A stretch of 64,000 nt of DNA from an uncultured Candidatus Saccharibacteria bacterium (GCA_964655995.1 CAZZPK010000001.1:15283-79282); one strand, 5' to 3'. Counted from the stretch's first letter, positions 35,905 to 47,082 are shown. Numbers and translations: made by a program. Notes: a model not told the origin generated them from the sequence alone.

Positions 35905-37782
35905 ATGTGCGGAATTACCGGATTTTTGGGCCAAGGGTCGTCGGATATTTTGGAGGCGATGACCAAGGCTTTAGAGCGGCGCGGTCCTGACGATCAGGGC
36001 TTGCTGTTTAAGGACCGTTTGGGGTTAGGGCATCGCCGTTTGAGCGTCATTGATCCGTCACCGGCCGGTCGTCAACCAATGAGCGCCTCCACCGGTGAAG
36101 TTGTCGTGGTGTTTAATGGCGAGATTTATAATTTTGTGCCCCTCAAGGCCGATTTGATTAAACGAGGTTATCAGTTTAACAATCAAACCGACACCGAGGT
36201 TATTTTAAACGGTTACTTGGCTTTCGGGACGGATATTTTTCCCAAATTGGAAGGGATGTTTGCTTTAGCGTTGTATGATTATCGGTCGCACGAGCTAGTA
36301 TTGGTGCGTGATCGTCTGGGTAAAAAACCTTTGTATTGGTCTGTTATTGGGGAAACGCTCTTGTTTGGATCAGAATTGAAGTCGTTAATCAAACATCCGT
36401 TGTTTAATCGGTCCCTTAACATTGATGCCTTGACCTCTTATCTGCTTTTTGACTATGTCCCCGGGTCTGACAGTATTTGGCAGGGGGTTTATAAACTTAA
36501 TCCCGGACATTATTTAAAATATAAATTTGGCCAGCAACCCGAAATTAAGCCTTTTTGGTCTCCTGATTTAAAAACCGAAAATATTACTTTACCTGAAGCT
36601 TTGGCTCAATTGGAAAGTAAGTTGGAGCAAAGTGTCACCAATCGGTTGGTTGCCGATGTTCCCCTCGGCCTTTTTTTAAGTGGCGGTTTAGACAGCTCAA
36701 CAATTGCTTACTACGCCTCTAAGGTCAGCGGTCGCCCTCTCCAAGCTTTCTCAATCGCTTTTACCGATCAGTCCTTTGATGAGAGCGATTATGCCAAAAA
36801 GTTGGCACGCCAACTGGGTTTAAAACATCATATTTTTCCTTTAACTGGTGATGGGTGTTTAAATCTGATCCCCCAGGTGGCCTCATTTTTAGATGAGCCT
36901 TTGGCCGATTCCTCAATTTTACCAACTTATTTTTTGTCATTAGAGACTAAAAAACACATCACGGTGGCTTTAAGTGGCGATGGCGGCGACGAATTGTTTG
37001 CCGGTTACCCAACTTTTAAGGTCGAACAATTAGCCTGTTTGTTGGCGTTATTGCCGGGCGAGTTTCGGTCAATTCTTTACCGGGCCGCTTTACATTGGCC
37101 GGCCAATTTTGATTATTTTAGTTTTGATTTTAAGCTTAAAAAATTTTTAGGTGGCCTTGTCGGTAGTAATAATCCCTGGGAGCGTCACAGCCGATGGCTC
37201 GGCAGTTTTACCCCGGACAATATCAGTCAGTTATTGACCACCGACCAAACCGATAAAATTAATTGGTCTAAGATCACTTCTCAGTTGGCCGGTAAATATC
37301 CCATGGGTGCTCCGATTGATCAACTAAACAAACTGCTTGTTTTTTATCAGAAAACTTATTTAACCGACCAAGTATTGGTCAAGGTCGACAGAGCTTCAAT
37401 GGCGGCCGGACTCGAAGTGCGTTCGCCGCTTCTCGATTATCGATTAGTCGAGTGGGCCAACAATTTGCCGGCTAATCTTAAATTAAAAAATGGCAATGGC
37501 AAATTTTTACTTAAAAAATTAATGCGAGGTAAAATTCCCGATGAGCTCATTGATCGGCCTAAGCAAGGTTTTGCCGTACCGATGGCGCGCTGGCTTAATC
37601 ATGAGCTTAAGGATTTGGTTGTTGAAAAGTTGTCCGCTGGTTATCTGAAACAGCAGGGGATTTTTAAGCCGGAATTTGTCCTGCGTCTATTGACCGAGCA
37701 CCAAACCGGTCGTCGCAATAATGCTAAATTAATTTGGAATCTGCTCGCTTTCCAGCTATGGTATGATCAGTGGGCAAATTAA
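35905..37782 (+). CDS. asnB: Asparagine synthase (glutamine-hydrolysing)
   Basis: N-terminal MCGI (nucleophile Cys2) and PP-loop SGGLDSS. 625 aa. Confidence 0.85.
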   Translation: MCGITGFLGQGSSDILEAMTKALERRGPDDQGLLFKDRLGLGHRRLSVIDPSPAGRQPMSASTGEVVVVFNGEIYNFVPLKADLIKRGYQFNNQTDTEVILNGYLAFGTDIFPKLEGMFALALYDYRSHELVLVRDRLGKKPLYWSVIGETLLFGSELKSLIKHPLFNRSLNIDALTSYLLFDYVPGSDSIWQGVYKLNPGHYLKYKFGQQPEIKPFWSPDLKTENITLPEALAQLESKLEQSVTNRLVADVPLGLFLSGGLDSSTIAYYASKVSGRPLQAFSIAFTDQSFDESDYAKKLARQLGLKHHIFPLTGDGCLNLIPQVASFLDEPLADSSILPTYFLSLETKKHITVALSGDGGDELFAGYPTFKVEQLACLLALLPGEFRSILYRAALHWPANFDYFSFDFKLKKFLGGLVGSNNPWERHSRWLGSFTPDNISQLLTTDQTDKINWSKITSQLAGKYPMGAPIDQLNKLLVFYQKTYLTDQVLVKVDRASMAAGLEVRSPLLDYRLVEWANNLPANLKLKNGNGKFLLKKLMRGKIPDELIDRPKQGFAVPMARWLNHELKDLVVEKLSAGYLKQQGIFKPEFVLRLLTEHQTGRRNNAKLIWNLLAFQLWYDQWAN

Positions 37783-37787
37783 ATATT

Positions 37788-38528
37788 ATGGAGATTGGTC
37801 AATATCGAGTCATCTATAATTCAGAAGAAAATCATTGGTGGTATCGCGGCCGAAGATTTTTGTTAAGATACCTATTAAATCAATGTGATTTTGACCAAAA
37901 TTCTTTGATTTTGGATTATGGCTGTGGGACTGGTTTTTTAATTAAAGATCTAAATAACAGAGGCTTAAAAGTTTTAGGAATGGACTCCAGCCCGGAGTCA
38001 GTTAAGTTGTGCCAGCAGCGTGGTCTCAGTAATGTTTTTCATGGCTCGGTTGACTCATGGCCGCAACAATTATCTGGCCACAAATTTGACGCAATTTTGT
38101 TGTTAGATGTGTTAGAGCATGTTAAAGACGATAGTCAGGCCTTATTGATATTAAAAAATAAACTTAACCCTGAGGGAAAAATTATTGTTTTTGTGCCAGC
38201 ATTCAGTTTTTTATGGAGTGTTAATGATGATTTTTCTCACCATTTTCGCCGTTACACTAAAAGAGAGTTAGTTAAAAAAATGTCAAATATAGGATTTAAG
38301 GTTAAATGGGCGTCTTATTTTAATTTTTTACTTTTCATACCGATTTTATTGATTAGATTACTAAATAGAATTACTCCTCTCTATAAACAAGAGAATAATT
38401 TAACCAACAATAATATAATCAACACAATATTTTCTAAACTTTTTCATTTAGAGCTATTCCTAATCCGATTTTTTAGTTATCCTTTCGGCGTCTCTATTGC
38501 TATTGTAGTTGAAAAAAATGATCAATAA
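37788..38528 (+). CDS. Class I SAM-dependent methyltransferase with C-terminal TM segment
   Basis: ILDYGCGTGFLIKDLNNRGLKVLGMD and LLDVLEHV motifs. Confidence 0.7.
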   Translation: MEIGQYRVIYNSEENHWWYRGRRFLLRYLLNQCDFDQNSLILDYGCGTGFLIKDLNNRGLKVLGMDSSPESVKLCQQRGLSNVFHGSVDSWPQQLSGHKFDAILLLDVLEHVKDDSQALLILKNKLNPEGKIIVFVPAFSFLWSVNDDFSHHFRRYTKRELVKKMSNIGFKVKWASYFNFLLFIPILLIRLLNRITPLYKQENNLTNNNIINTIFSKLFHLELFLIRFFSYPFGVSIAIVVEKNDQ

Positions 38529-40923
38529 ATTTATACACCTTCTGTTTTTTGCATTACCAGTATTAGTTTTGCTGGCTATCTTTTATCCCGTAGTTTTTAG
38601 CGACAGCCTTTTTGGTAATGGCGATACCTTGTTTGGTTTTTACCCATACCATCAATATTTTACGGCGGGTGGGCCGTTAGTGGCTCAAGGGTTGTTATCT
38701 GGGTTTCCGGTTTACGTCTCTAACGTGGGAGTATGGTTTTCTTGGCCGTATCATCTGGCCCTCAATTTATTTGACGCCTTCGATGCGTACCGCTACTTAA
38801 CCGTTTTTTATTTAATATTGGCTTATGGGACAACTTACGGTTTGGCGCGAGTGCTTAAATTTAATCACTGGTTAGCTGTTTTTGCTTCGTCGGTTTTTCT
38901 TTTTTCCGGTCAGTTGATGGTTTGGGCGCCCACCTTAACTAATGCCAGTTATTACTATTTGCTACCACTGGCGCCTGTGGTTTACGAGCTGTTTCGGTAT
39001 TGGGAGAAATGGTGGCGTTGGATATTGCCGCTTATTTTAGGAGGGTTATTGGGCGTTGGCTGGCAGACCGGACATATCCAATATTTAATTTTTATTCACA
39101 TTTTTGTCGCGGCTTATTTAATTTACAAAGAGTGGCTTGGGATTATTATCTTTAATAAAAAAACACTGATCACCACGATCGTTTATTTAGGATTGGTTTA
39201 CCTCTCATCTTTTGCGGTTGGCTTTAAGGTAATTGTCTCCACTTTGCTTTGGAGTAAGGAGTCGGCTCGGGTTGCTGGAGTGGCACTCAGTGAGTGGTTA
39301 GGAGGTTCTTATAATTTTTTTGATTTAATTCATTTGGCAGTACCATTTTGGAAGCATCCTTTTATCCCACTTGGCTCGCCGGGGTGGTATCTCGGACTTT
39401 TGCCACTGGTTTTGATTGTCTTATTTGCTATTAATTGGCGTTACTGGTCTGACGGGTCCAGCCGATTTTTCTTCGGGGTGTGGTTTTTTTGTTTAATTGC
39501 CAGCCTGGCCTACTCGCCATTGGCCGTTTTTCTCCATTATTTACCATTCATTGATTCTTTAAGAGAGGCTTCGCGCTTGATGTTTATCGGTAATTTGGGC
39601 GGAGCATTGGTGGCTACCCAGGCCTTAGGCAAGTTAATTGCCAGTCCAAATAGTTTCCGCCGCCCTGTTTCTAGGCGGGTCGTTTATTGGTTAATTGGAC
39701 TGGTATTATTTATCAGCCTAATCACTACTGTTGTCTACCGGTTCTTTTTAGGGCCGACAACCGATTTGGTTAAAAATTTTTTTAATCTGGCTTTTCCGGG
39801 TGGTTACGGCTCCTTGCCTCCAGACCATTATTTGAGAGTGTTAACTAATGCCTGGGAGCAATTACTGCTCCAAAGTTCTTGGTTTAGTCTGGGTACTGTT
39901 TCGGCTATTGTCTCCCTGGTTTTGATTGCCTGGTGGTTTAACCGGCTGTACCGATATCGTCAAGAGACATTGGTCAAACTGGCTATACTTATTACTTTAA
40001 TTGGATTTTTAGGGGCCTATGGTGGCAATTATCAATTTGTCTCCAGAGGAGTTATCGAGTCTGTGCCCGCCACGGCTCGTTTTATTAAGCAATCAACGGC
40101 GATGGAGTCCCAAGGTCCTTTCAGAGTATTTAGTTTGTGGCCCGGTTTTACACTGTATGACTTAAAAGAACGGGGATGCAAATTAGATAACGAGGGTGAG
40201 AAATCATATCAAGTGGCCAAAGAGTTATTGCTGCCAAATAGTCATATGTTGTATGGCATCGAGATGATTGATGGGTACGATAATTTTATGCCGAAAGAGA
40301 TTAGTGAGTTTAACGCCTATATTGGGTCGGAACAGTCGGTGACAGGGTCGATGCTATCGGTCGCCAATTTGTCTCATCAAGAAAAGATCGCTGTTATTGC
40401 CTCGCGCGCCAATTTGCTTAAAGCCTTAAATATCCGCTATATTTTGTCTTATTATCCTTTAACTAAACCTTTTGTCAGAGTTAAAGACTTTAAGCTGGCA
40501 ATATGCGACCAAACAGTCAGTTTGTATGAAAATCCCGGTTACTGGCCACGTTATTTTTGGATTGATCGGGTTAGGGTTGTTTCGGACGATGAATTTGCCA
40601 ATTTCGATTTTATGGTTCGACATCTAAATCAGTCAGATCGTCCGACAGTAATTATCCCAGGGAATAAAAGTAACGATTATCCGGCTCCACCTCAAACTGA
40701 GGCCTTAATACCGGAGATTAAATCAAAAGAAATGGTTTTTGATCTCTCGGGCTTGGGTGACGGTTATATCTACATCGGCAATTCGCATGCTAATCGCTGG
40801 CGAGCTGATATTGACGGCCGACCGACCGAGGTTTACCCTGCTAATTATGCTTATTTGGCGGTACCGGTAAGTGCCGGGGACAAAATATTGACTTTAAAAA
40901 CCGATTATCTGTTTGCTTGGTAA
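38509..40923 (+). CDS. Large polytopic membrane protein, YfhO-like (GT-C superfamily candidate)
   Basis: 804 aa. Many TM helices in the N-terminal ~480 aa plus a soluble C-terminal domain. AT-rich gene. Confidence 0.4.
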   Translation: MKKMINKFIHLLFFALPVLVLLAIFYPVVFSDSLFGNGDTLFGFYPYHQYFTAGGPLVAQGLLSGFPVYVSNVGVWFSWPYHLALNLFDAFDAYRYLTVFYLILAYGTTYGLARVLKFNHWLAVFASSVFLFSGQLMVWAPTLTNASYYYLLPLAPVVYELFRYWEKWWRWILPLILGGLLGVGWQTGHIQYLIFIHIFVAAYLIYKEWLGIIIFNKKTLITTIVYLGLVYLSSFAVGFKVIVSTLLWSKESARVAGVALSEWLGGSYNFFDLIHLAVPFWKHPFIPLGSPGWYLGLLPLVLIVLFAINWRYWSDGSSRFFFGVWFFCLIASLAYSPLAVFLHYLPFIDSLREASRLMFIGNLGGALVATQALGKLIASPNSFRRPVSRRVVYWLIGLVLFISLITTVVYRFFLGPTTDLVKNFFNLAFPGGYGSLPPDHYLRVLTNAWEQLLLQSSWFSLGTVSAIVSLVLIAWWFNRLYRYRQETLVKLAILITLIGFLGAYGGNYQFVSRGVIESVPATARFIKQSTAMESQGPFRVFSLWPGFTLYDLKERGCKLDNEGEKSYQVAKELLLPNSHMLYGIEMIDGYDNFMPKEISEFNAYIGSEQSVTGSMLSVANLSHQEKIAVIASRANLLKALNIRYILSYYPLTKPFVRVKDFKLAICDQTVSLYENPGYWPRYFWIDRVRVVSDDEFANFDFMVRHLNQSDRPTVIIPGNKSNDYPAPPQTEALIPEIKSKEMVFDLSGLGDGYIYIGNSHANRWRADIDGRPTEVYPANYAYLAVPVSAGDKILTLKTDYLFAW

Positions 40924-40926
40924 ATT

Positions 40927-42492
40927 ATGACATCCATTAATTTTTTCAATCGTAAGCATTTTTGGGGGCTCGTTCTGGCCTTGGTGGTCGGGTTTATTAC
41001 CATCGGCCCTCAGCTGATTTTTATTTGGCAAAGTGGTGGCCAATACCAGGGCATTTATATGCTCCAGAGCGATGCCGAGCCTCATTATTTGGCTCGGATG
41101 AGGGAGGCGGTGGACGGCAACGGTATCGGCAACCCCTTTTTTACTGGTTTTAAAACTGATATCCCGGTGGCAACACCAGCGGTTATTGAGCAGGTGGCTG
41201 CCTGGCCCAGCTTAATTTTCGGTGTGTCGGTGCCGCTACTTAATTTGGCGTATAAATTTATTTGGCCGGCTTTAATGTTTTTGCTGGTTTATTTTTTAAG
41301 CTACCGTCTAACCAGTTCTATTGTGTGGTCATTGGCCGGCGGCGCTTTGGTTACGCTCGGTTATCCGTTGCTCGATTTCGGCAATTTGCTCAATTTGATT
41401 AAGGGCGAGCCTGTTTTTACGCAGTTTTTAATGTATGCCCGGCCGATTAATCCGCAAATCAGCGGACTCTTTTTCTTTGGTTTTTTGCATGTTTTGCTTA
41501 GTTATTGGCGTCAAGGCTTTAATTGGCGCCTCCTTTGTTTGTTGGCTGTAATTTTACTCCTGTCTTTTTATGTTTATTTTTATCTTTTTACCTATTTATT
41601 AGCTATCCTGGTGATTAATGCGATCGTCTTTGGTTTTGTTAAACGCCGGCGTGATGCTTTGGGTTTGGCTGCGGTGTTGATCTTCGGGGTAATCGGCGGA
41701 CTGCCGGTTATTTACGAGTTGTTTAAAGTGATCACACATCCCGATTACTATTTATTGGCCGAGACATTTGATGTACAGGCCGGTCGGAGGATGGTAGTGA
41801 GTACTGTTTTTGTAGCGACAGGGCTATTATTCGCCTTTGTTTGTTGGCGATTTAAAAAGAATCAAGGTCAATTGCCACCAGAGGCCTTATTTATTGCCGT
41901 GTTGCTTACCACTAGTCTGGCGGTAGTTAATCAGCAATTAATTACCGGTATCGTCCTGCAGGAGGGGCATTATCATTGGTATTTTAATCGGCCGGTATTT
42001 AGCTTGGTTGTTGTTTGGGCGGGGACTTTGTTTTTCCTAAAGTCGCGTTTGTGGGTGGTGGCAATCGGCGTGGGTGTTATTGTTTTATCGATCTATGCCG
42101 GTGTTTTTGTTCAATATTCTTCATATCTGGCCCGTTTTGATGAGACGATTAAGCTTCAAAATTACGGACCGGTGTTAAATTGGATTTCGGATCATACCCC
42201 AGCAGAAAAAACCTTTTTAGCCAATCAGGCTTTGTCTGAGTTGATCCCGGTTTATACCGGTGGCAATGTGGTCTGGGAGGATCACGCCTCTTATTATCTG
42301 GTTCCTAAACAACGCCGTGATTTTACGGTGGATAATATTTTAACTGGCGGGGTGGACATAAATGCTTACCCGGTTGATTATGTGATCTGGGACCGACAAA
42401 CTGATTCCTGGTGGCCGGTGACTAAGAAATTTAACCTAAAACCGGTTGCTGATATCAGTCACATTTCAATTTATGAAGTTTTATCTCAATAA
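40927..42492 (+). CDS. Polytopic membrane protein of unknown function (glycan island)
   Basis: About 12 TM helices and a C-terminal soluble domain. Confidence 0.35.
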   Translation: MTSINFFNRKHFWGLVLALVVGFITIGPQLIFIWQSGGQYQGIYMLQSDAEPHYLARMREAVDGNGIGNPFFTGFKTDIPVATPAVIEQVAAWPSLIFGVSVPLLNLAYKFIWPALMFLLVYFLSYRLTSSIVWSLAGGALVTLGYPLLDFGNLLNLIKGEPVFTQFLMYARPINPQISGLFFFGFLHVLLSYWRQGFNWRLLCLLAVILLLSFYVYFYLFTYLLAILVINAIVFGFVKRRRDALGLAAVLIFGVIGGLPVIYELFKVITHPDYYLLAETFDVQAGRRMVVSTVFVATGLLFAFVCWRFKKNQGQLPPEALFIAVLLTTSLAVVNQQLITGIVLQEGHYHWYFNRPVFSLVVVWAGTLFFLKSRLWVVAIGVGVIVLSIYAGVFVQYSSYLARFDETIKLQNYGPVLNWISDHTPAEKTFLANQALSELIPVYTGGNVVWEDHASYYLVPKQRRDFTVDNILTGGVDINAYPVDYVIWDRQTDSWWPVTKKFNLKPVADISHISIYEVLSQ

Positions 42493-43597
42493 TTTTATTT
42501 TGATTGGACGTTGTTTGGTCAGATTTTTATGGCGTGGCCGGGCTCACCAGTTACCTAATCAGATCAGCCGGGTGCTGGTTATTCAGCCGGCCAAGTTGGG
42601 TGATATGGTCTGCACCACACCGCTTTTTGCGGCAATCAAAAGACATCGTCCTGACTGGTTTTTAGGAGTAATGGGCAATCAGGTTAATCGGTCTTTATTG
42701 GCGGGGCATCCGGCTGTGGATCATTATTTGGTCTACGGTGAAGATATTGTGTCCACCCTTGCTATGTTAAAAGATTTTAAGCCCGAGGTGGTAATTTTGG
42801 TTATGCCCCATTTTAATTTTCTGGCAGCAGCTTACTTGTCGTCGGCGCCGCTAATTATCGCCCCGTGGGTAGTGGGCGGTTTTAGTCCCTATCAAACCAA
42901 AAGTTACCGCTTGCTGACTCGCTTGGTAAGAGTCGCCAATCATCAGATGAATAATTATGCTCCTGGTGAGTATTTAAAATTGTTAGAGCCGCTTAATATT
43001 ATTGAGACCGATACTGTCAAAGCCCTCACTTTTTCTCAGGCAGCTAAAACCAAGGCGGATATTATTTTAAACGATTATCATTTGGGACAATCGGATTTAA
43101 TTGTGGGCATCGCTCCTGGGGCTGGTAATAAAATTAAGCTTTGGCCCGCCGAACGCTTTGCCCAAGTGGCGGATTATTTAATCTCCAAATATAAAGCCAA
43201 GATTTTAATTATCGGCAGCCCGTCGGATTATAGGGAAATAAAAACCATGTCTGATTTGGTCAAAGCCCATCATAGTAATTGGCATTTGCTGAATAATTTA
43301 TCGATCGAGGAGTTAAAAGCCTTAATTGCCAGACTGAATTTGTTTATTAGTGTAGATACCGGTCCGATTTACATTGCCGAGGCTTTTGGAGTACCAACTA
43401 TCGATATTGTTGGCCCAATGTCAGAGGTCGAGCAGCCTCCGCACGGTCCCAAACATGTGGTGGTTATGGTTGAGCGGGCAGAGCCGATGCTCCATATCAT
43501 GAATGCTCGTGTTTATGATAAAGTGGAAGCCAGGCGCCAAGCGGAGTCGATTAGTGTCGAGATGGTCTGCCAAGCGGTTGATCGCCTGCTATCTTAA
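42473..43597 (+). CDS. Glycosyltransferase family 9 (heptosyltransferase-like)
   Basis: RVLVIQPAKLGDMVCTTPLFAAIKRHRPDW matches the GT9 N-terminal signature (ILVIR.SSLGD...TP). GT-B fold. Confidence 0.65.
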   Translation: MKFYLNNFILIGRCLVRFLWRGRAHQLPNQISRVLVIQPAKLGDMVCTTPLFAAIKRHRPDWFLGVMGNQVNRSLLAGHPAVDHYLVYGEDIVSTLAMLKDFKPEVVILVMPHFNFLAAAYLSSAPLIIAPWVVGGFSPYQTKSYRLLTRLVRVANHQMNNYAPGEYLKLLEPLNIIETDTVKALTFSQAAKTKADIILNDYHLGQSDLIVGIAPGAGNKIKLWPAERFAQVADYLISKYKAKILIIGSPSDYREIKTMSDLVKAHHSNWHLLNNLSIEELKALIARLNLFISVDTGPIYIAEAFGVPTIDIVGPMSEVEQPPHGPKHVVVMVERAEPMLHIMNARVYDKVEARRQAESISVEMVCQAVDRLLS

Positions 43598-43604
43598 TGT
43601 GATT

Positions 43605-44528
43605 ATGTCTAATCAACAATCCTGCCCAGTGTGTCAGTCAGGTAGCTATCAAGATCTGCCCTATGGTGGTTACGCTTGGCAGGGTAAATTATTTCCATTA
43701 GTCAGATGTTTGTCTTGCTCGCTAAAGTACATTAAGCATAATTTAACGGAAGAAGAAATAAATCAGCTCTATCAAGTTGAAGCCTATTTTGACTCTGAGT
43801 ATGCCGGCGGGGCCCAAAAACAATATTGGGATAATAAATTATGGGCGGAACAAAAAGCGCGCCGCGCGCTTGCTCAAATCAAACGTTTTATTCCGCGTGG
43901 GCGAGTACTGGATCTCGGCTGCGCCGGCGGTTATTTGTTGACCGTCGCCGAGCAAGAATTTGGTTACCAGGCCTATGGTCTGGAATTGTCGCAAAAGATG
44001 GCACAGGCGGCCAGGGAACGCGGCTTAAAAGTAGCTACCGGAACTCTAGCTCAAAAGCCCAGCGATTGGCCGTCTTTCGATATTATTTATTTGGGCGATG
44101 TGCTCGAACATGTTGCCACGCCTTATCGGCTCTTGGCTCAAATTAAAGAGCATTTGGCCCCAACGGGAGTGGTGGTTTTAGAGGTGCCTCTGACTTATGA
44201 ATTGACTGTTACCGGTTTTTTAGTCGCTTTGTATAATCTCTGTCGTGGTCGAGTGGGGGACAGTTACTTTTTACCGGCTCAGCATCGGACAAAATTTATG
44301 CCCAAACCGCCCTATCACCTCCTGATGTTTAATCCGCGGTCGATGCGTTATTTGTTAAATCAGGCTGGTTTTAAAGTATTGTCGCTTCGCACTTGGGAAG
44401 GGGGGCCAAAAGACAAATTTTCTTTCTTTTTATATCGTGGTGTTAAATGGTGCAGTCATTATTTGACGTCCATATTTCCCCAAAGTTTATTGGGTGATCG
44501 TCTAATGGTTATCGCTCAAATCAAGTAA
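43605..44528 (+). CDS. Class I SAM-dependent methyltransferase with N-terminal zinc ribbon
   Basis: CPVCQSG...CLSCSL zinc ribbon. VLDLGCAGGYLLTVAEQEFGYQAYGLE. DVLEHV motif. Confidence 0.7.
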   Translation: MSNQQSCPVCQSGSYQDLPYGGYAWQGKLFPLVRCLSCSLKYIKHNLTEEEINQLYQVEAYFDSEYAGGAQKQYWDNKLWAEQKARRALAQIKRFIPRGRVLDLGCAGGYLLTVAEQEFGYQAYGLELSQKMAQAARERGLKVATGTLAQKPSDWPSFDIIYLGDVLEHVATPYRLLAQIKEHLAPTGVVVLEVPLTYELTVTGFLVALYNLCRGRVGDSYFLPAQHRTKFMPKPPYHLLMFNPRSMRYLLNQAGFKVLSLRTWEGGPKDKFSFFLYRGVKWCSHYLTSIFPQSLLGDRLMVIAQIK

Positions 44529-44529
44529 T

Positions 44530-45180
44530 ATGATTTTTATTCTCCAGCCGGACCGTTTGTTGTTAAAGCGCCAGATAGCGCAGTTGGCACCGTGGGTGTC
44601 CGGCCGGGTGCTTGATGTGGGGGCCGGTTCTCACGACCGTTATAGCCACCTTTTCACCTATCAAGAATATCTAAAAATGGATATGGTACCCGGTCCTAAT
44701 GTGGATGTGGTGGGCAGTGCGGAAAAAATTCCTTTCCCAGACGGTGATTTTGATACGATTGTATCCACTCAAGTTTTGGAGCATTTGCCTCATCCCTGGT
44801 TGGCTGTTGCTGAGTTTAATCGTGTATTAAAAACCGGGGGTATTTTATTATTGACAGTTCCGCAAATGAATGAGTTGCATGAGGAGCCGCATGATTTTTA
44901 CCGTTATACCACTTATGGCCTAAGATCATTGTTGGTCGACAACGGTTTTGAGATTTTACTGATTAAGCCGCGCGGTGGTTTTTACGCCACCATTGTCCAA
45001 CAAATAGTGCGTTATCTGACTGACCGTTATAAATTGTATGAACGGCCGATAATCGGCAAATTGGGCGGCAAGTTGTTGTCTTTGATTAGCAAAATGACGG
45101 TTTGGCTAGATGATCGGACTAGCAATCAGGCTAATCGCAAGCATACCATCGGTTGGGCCTTAGTGGCCAAAAAGATATGA
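44530..45180 (+). CDS. Class I SAM-dependent methyltransferase (Methyltransf_11-like)
   Basis: VLDVGAGSHDRY and DTIVSTQVLEHLPHP motifs. Confidence 0.75.
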   Translation: MIFILQPDRLLLKRQIAQLAPWVSGRVLDVGAGSHDRYSHLFTYQEYLKMDMVPGPNVDVVGSAEKIPFPDGDFDTIVSTQVLEHLPHPWLAVAEFNRVLKTGGILLLTVPQMNELHEEPHDFYRYTTYGLRSLLVDNGFEILLIKPRGGFYATIVQQIVRYLTDRYKLYERPIIGKLGGKLLSLISKMTVWLDDRTSNQANRKHTIGWALVAKKI

Positions 45181-46370
45181 AGATTTTGGTCTTAACTGAT
45201 GATTGGCCGGGGCTTCGTCCAGGCGGGGCGGGAGTAATTGCCCAAAATACCGCTCGTAGTTTGGCCGAGCGAGGTCATGAAGTGTTAATAGTGACCACTA
45301 GCGACAACGGGCCTCATGGTGAAGCATTCAATCAGTTACCGTATAAACTGACTGTACTTAAGGCTGGTGGCAGTGAGCGCCTGCGGTCTTACCGAGCTAT
45401 TTATAATTATCGCTTATTAAAGCAAGTTAAAAGGATTATCGATAATTTCAAGCCGAATATTGTCCATGCGCACAATATCCACCGTTATTTATCCTATGCT
45501 TGTTTAAAGGCGGCTAAGCGGTCTGGAGCCCGGGTTTTTTTAACCGCCCATGACTTAATGCTTGTTGCTCCGGGAAAATTGTTTCCCGATCGAGACGGTA
45601 ATTTTAAACCGCCGTCTTGGTGGCGGCAATTTAAAGTTGAGCGATGGCGTTTTAATCCATTTAAAAGCATCCTGGTGCGACATTATTTAAAATATGTCGA
45701 TCGGATTATCGCGGTTAGTCAGGCAGTTAAAGATGTTTTGGATTTGGCGGGGATTAAGCGGGTGACCGTTTTGCATAATGGTATCGATTTATCAGACTGG
45801 CAAGTTGGGTCGGCCGCAGTCCAGGCGTTTAAGTCCAAACACAATTTAATAGGCAAAAAAGTAATTTTATTCGGCGGGCGAGTCAGCGGCGCCAAAGGGA
45901 GAGAGGTGGCCCTCAAGGCTTTTAAAATAGTGCGATCTAAAATCCCTCAAGCAGTTTTGTTGGTCGCCGGAGAGACAAATATTAATCAAGATGGGGTTTT
46001 GGTTTTAGGCTGGCTCTCGCGGGAAGAGATGAAATTGGCCTACGCTTCGGCTCAAGTGGTTTTAACACCGTCTTTATATTTAGATCCCTTTCCAACAGTT
46101 AATTTGGAGGCGATGGTTATGGCTAAGCCGGTGGTGGGGACGATTTTTGGCGGCACCAAAGAGGCGATAGTCAACAATGAGACCGGATTATTACTTAATC
46201 CTAGCGACGTGGAGTCATTAGCCAACGCGCTTGTGGTACTGTTGCTTGATGAAGTAAGAACTGGCACTTATGGCCAGGCCGGACGTCGACGAGCGGAAGA
46301 GTATTTTAGCCAAGACCGTCATATTGAAAAATTGCTTGCTTTATACCATAATCCTAAAGTCAATGACTAA
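45177..46370 (+). CDS. Glycosyltransferase family 4
   Basis: MKILVLTDDWPGLRPGGAGVIAQNTARSLAERGHEVLIVT. C-terminal EAMVMAKPVVGTIFGG. Confidence 0.8.
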   Translation: MKILVLTDDWPGLRPGGAGVIAQNTARSLAERGHEVLIVTTSDNGPHGEAFNQLPYKLTVLKAGGSERLRSYRAIYNYRLLKQVKRIIDNFKPNIVHAHNIHRYLSYACLKAAKRSGARVFLTAHDLMLVAPGKLFPDRDGNFKPPSWWRQFKVERWRFNPFKSILVRHYLKYVDRIIAVSQAVKDVLDLAGIKRVTVLHNGIDLSDWQVGSAAVQAFKSKHNLIGKKVILFGGRVSGAKGREVALKAFKIVRSKIPQAVLLVAGETNINQDGVLVLGWLSREEMKLAYASAQVVLTPSLYLDPFPTVNLEAMVMAKPVVGTIFGGTKEAIVNNETGLLLNPSDVESLANALVVLLLDEVRTGTYGQAGRRRAEEYFSQDRHIEKLLALYHNPKVND

Positions 46371-47082
46371 AGAGTATTATGATCAAGAGAGCGCTGTTTA
46401 CTCGCATAAGCGCTATCGAGGGGCAATCGATTCCTATGTTAAATATTTTTTTCGTCGGCGTTTGGCGCTGGTGGCCTCTCTGGTTAAACAAGCAGTTGGT
46501 TCTCAGACGGGTTTGGCGGCACTGGAGATTGCTTGTGCTGATGGGGTGGTGTTGCGCGAGTTAAAACATCAACTGCCAGGTGCTTTTTCTAAGTTGGTTG
46601 GCATCGATATTGCCCCGCAGATGATCAATGTGGCGCGCCAATTGTCCCCTGATCAATCTATTAGTTACTATGTCCGCGGCGAGGAGCCAGTAGACCAATT
46701 TGATATCATTTTAAGTATCGGTTATCTTGCTCCACCATTGTTTGACTCAGAATTTGCTTATATTACAAAACACTTAAAACCGGGCGGTTATTATTTATGT
46801 TCGCAGGCCGGGCGCTGGTCCATCCAAGCGCGTTTAAAAATTAAACATCAGCCGTATTACCGGGATTATCGGAGTTATCGGCAAGTAGAGAGGCGATTAA
46901 GCTCGGAGTTTAATCTTATTAGCGCTCGCTCACTTGGTTTATATGTGCCCAAATTGTGGTTTTATCCGCGCTTGGCACGCCTGCTCCAGCCAATTATCGA
47001 TCTTTTTTTTAGTTTGGGTGGTCCGCTGACTCGGGAGTTTTTTCATGAGCGGGTTTATTTGTTGCAAAAAAGAATAGATTAA
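46363..47082 (+). CDS. SAM-dependent methyltransferase-like protein
   Basis: ALEIACADGVVLREL...LVGIDIAPQMINVARQ is a motif I / post-I arrangement. Confidence 0.5.
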   Translation: MTKEYYDQESAVYSHKRYRGAIDSYVKYFFRRRLALVASLVKQAVGSQTGLAALEIACADGVVLRELKHQLPGAFSKLVGIDIAPQMINVARQLSPDQSISYYVRGEEPVDQFDIILSIGYLAPPLFDSEFAYITKHLKPGGYYLCSQAGRWSIQARLKIKHQPYYRDYRSYRQVERRLSSEFNLISARSLGLYVPKLWFYPRLARLLQPIIDLFFSLGGPLTREFFHERVYLLQKRID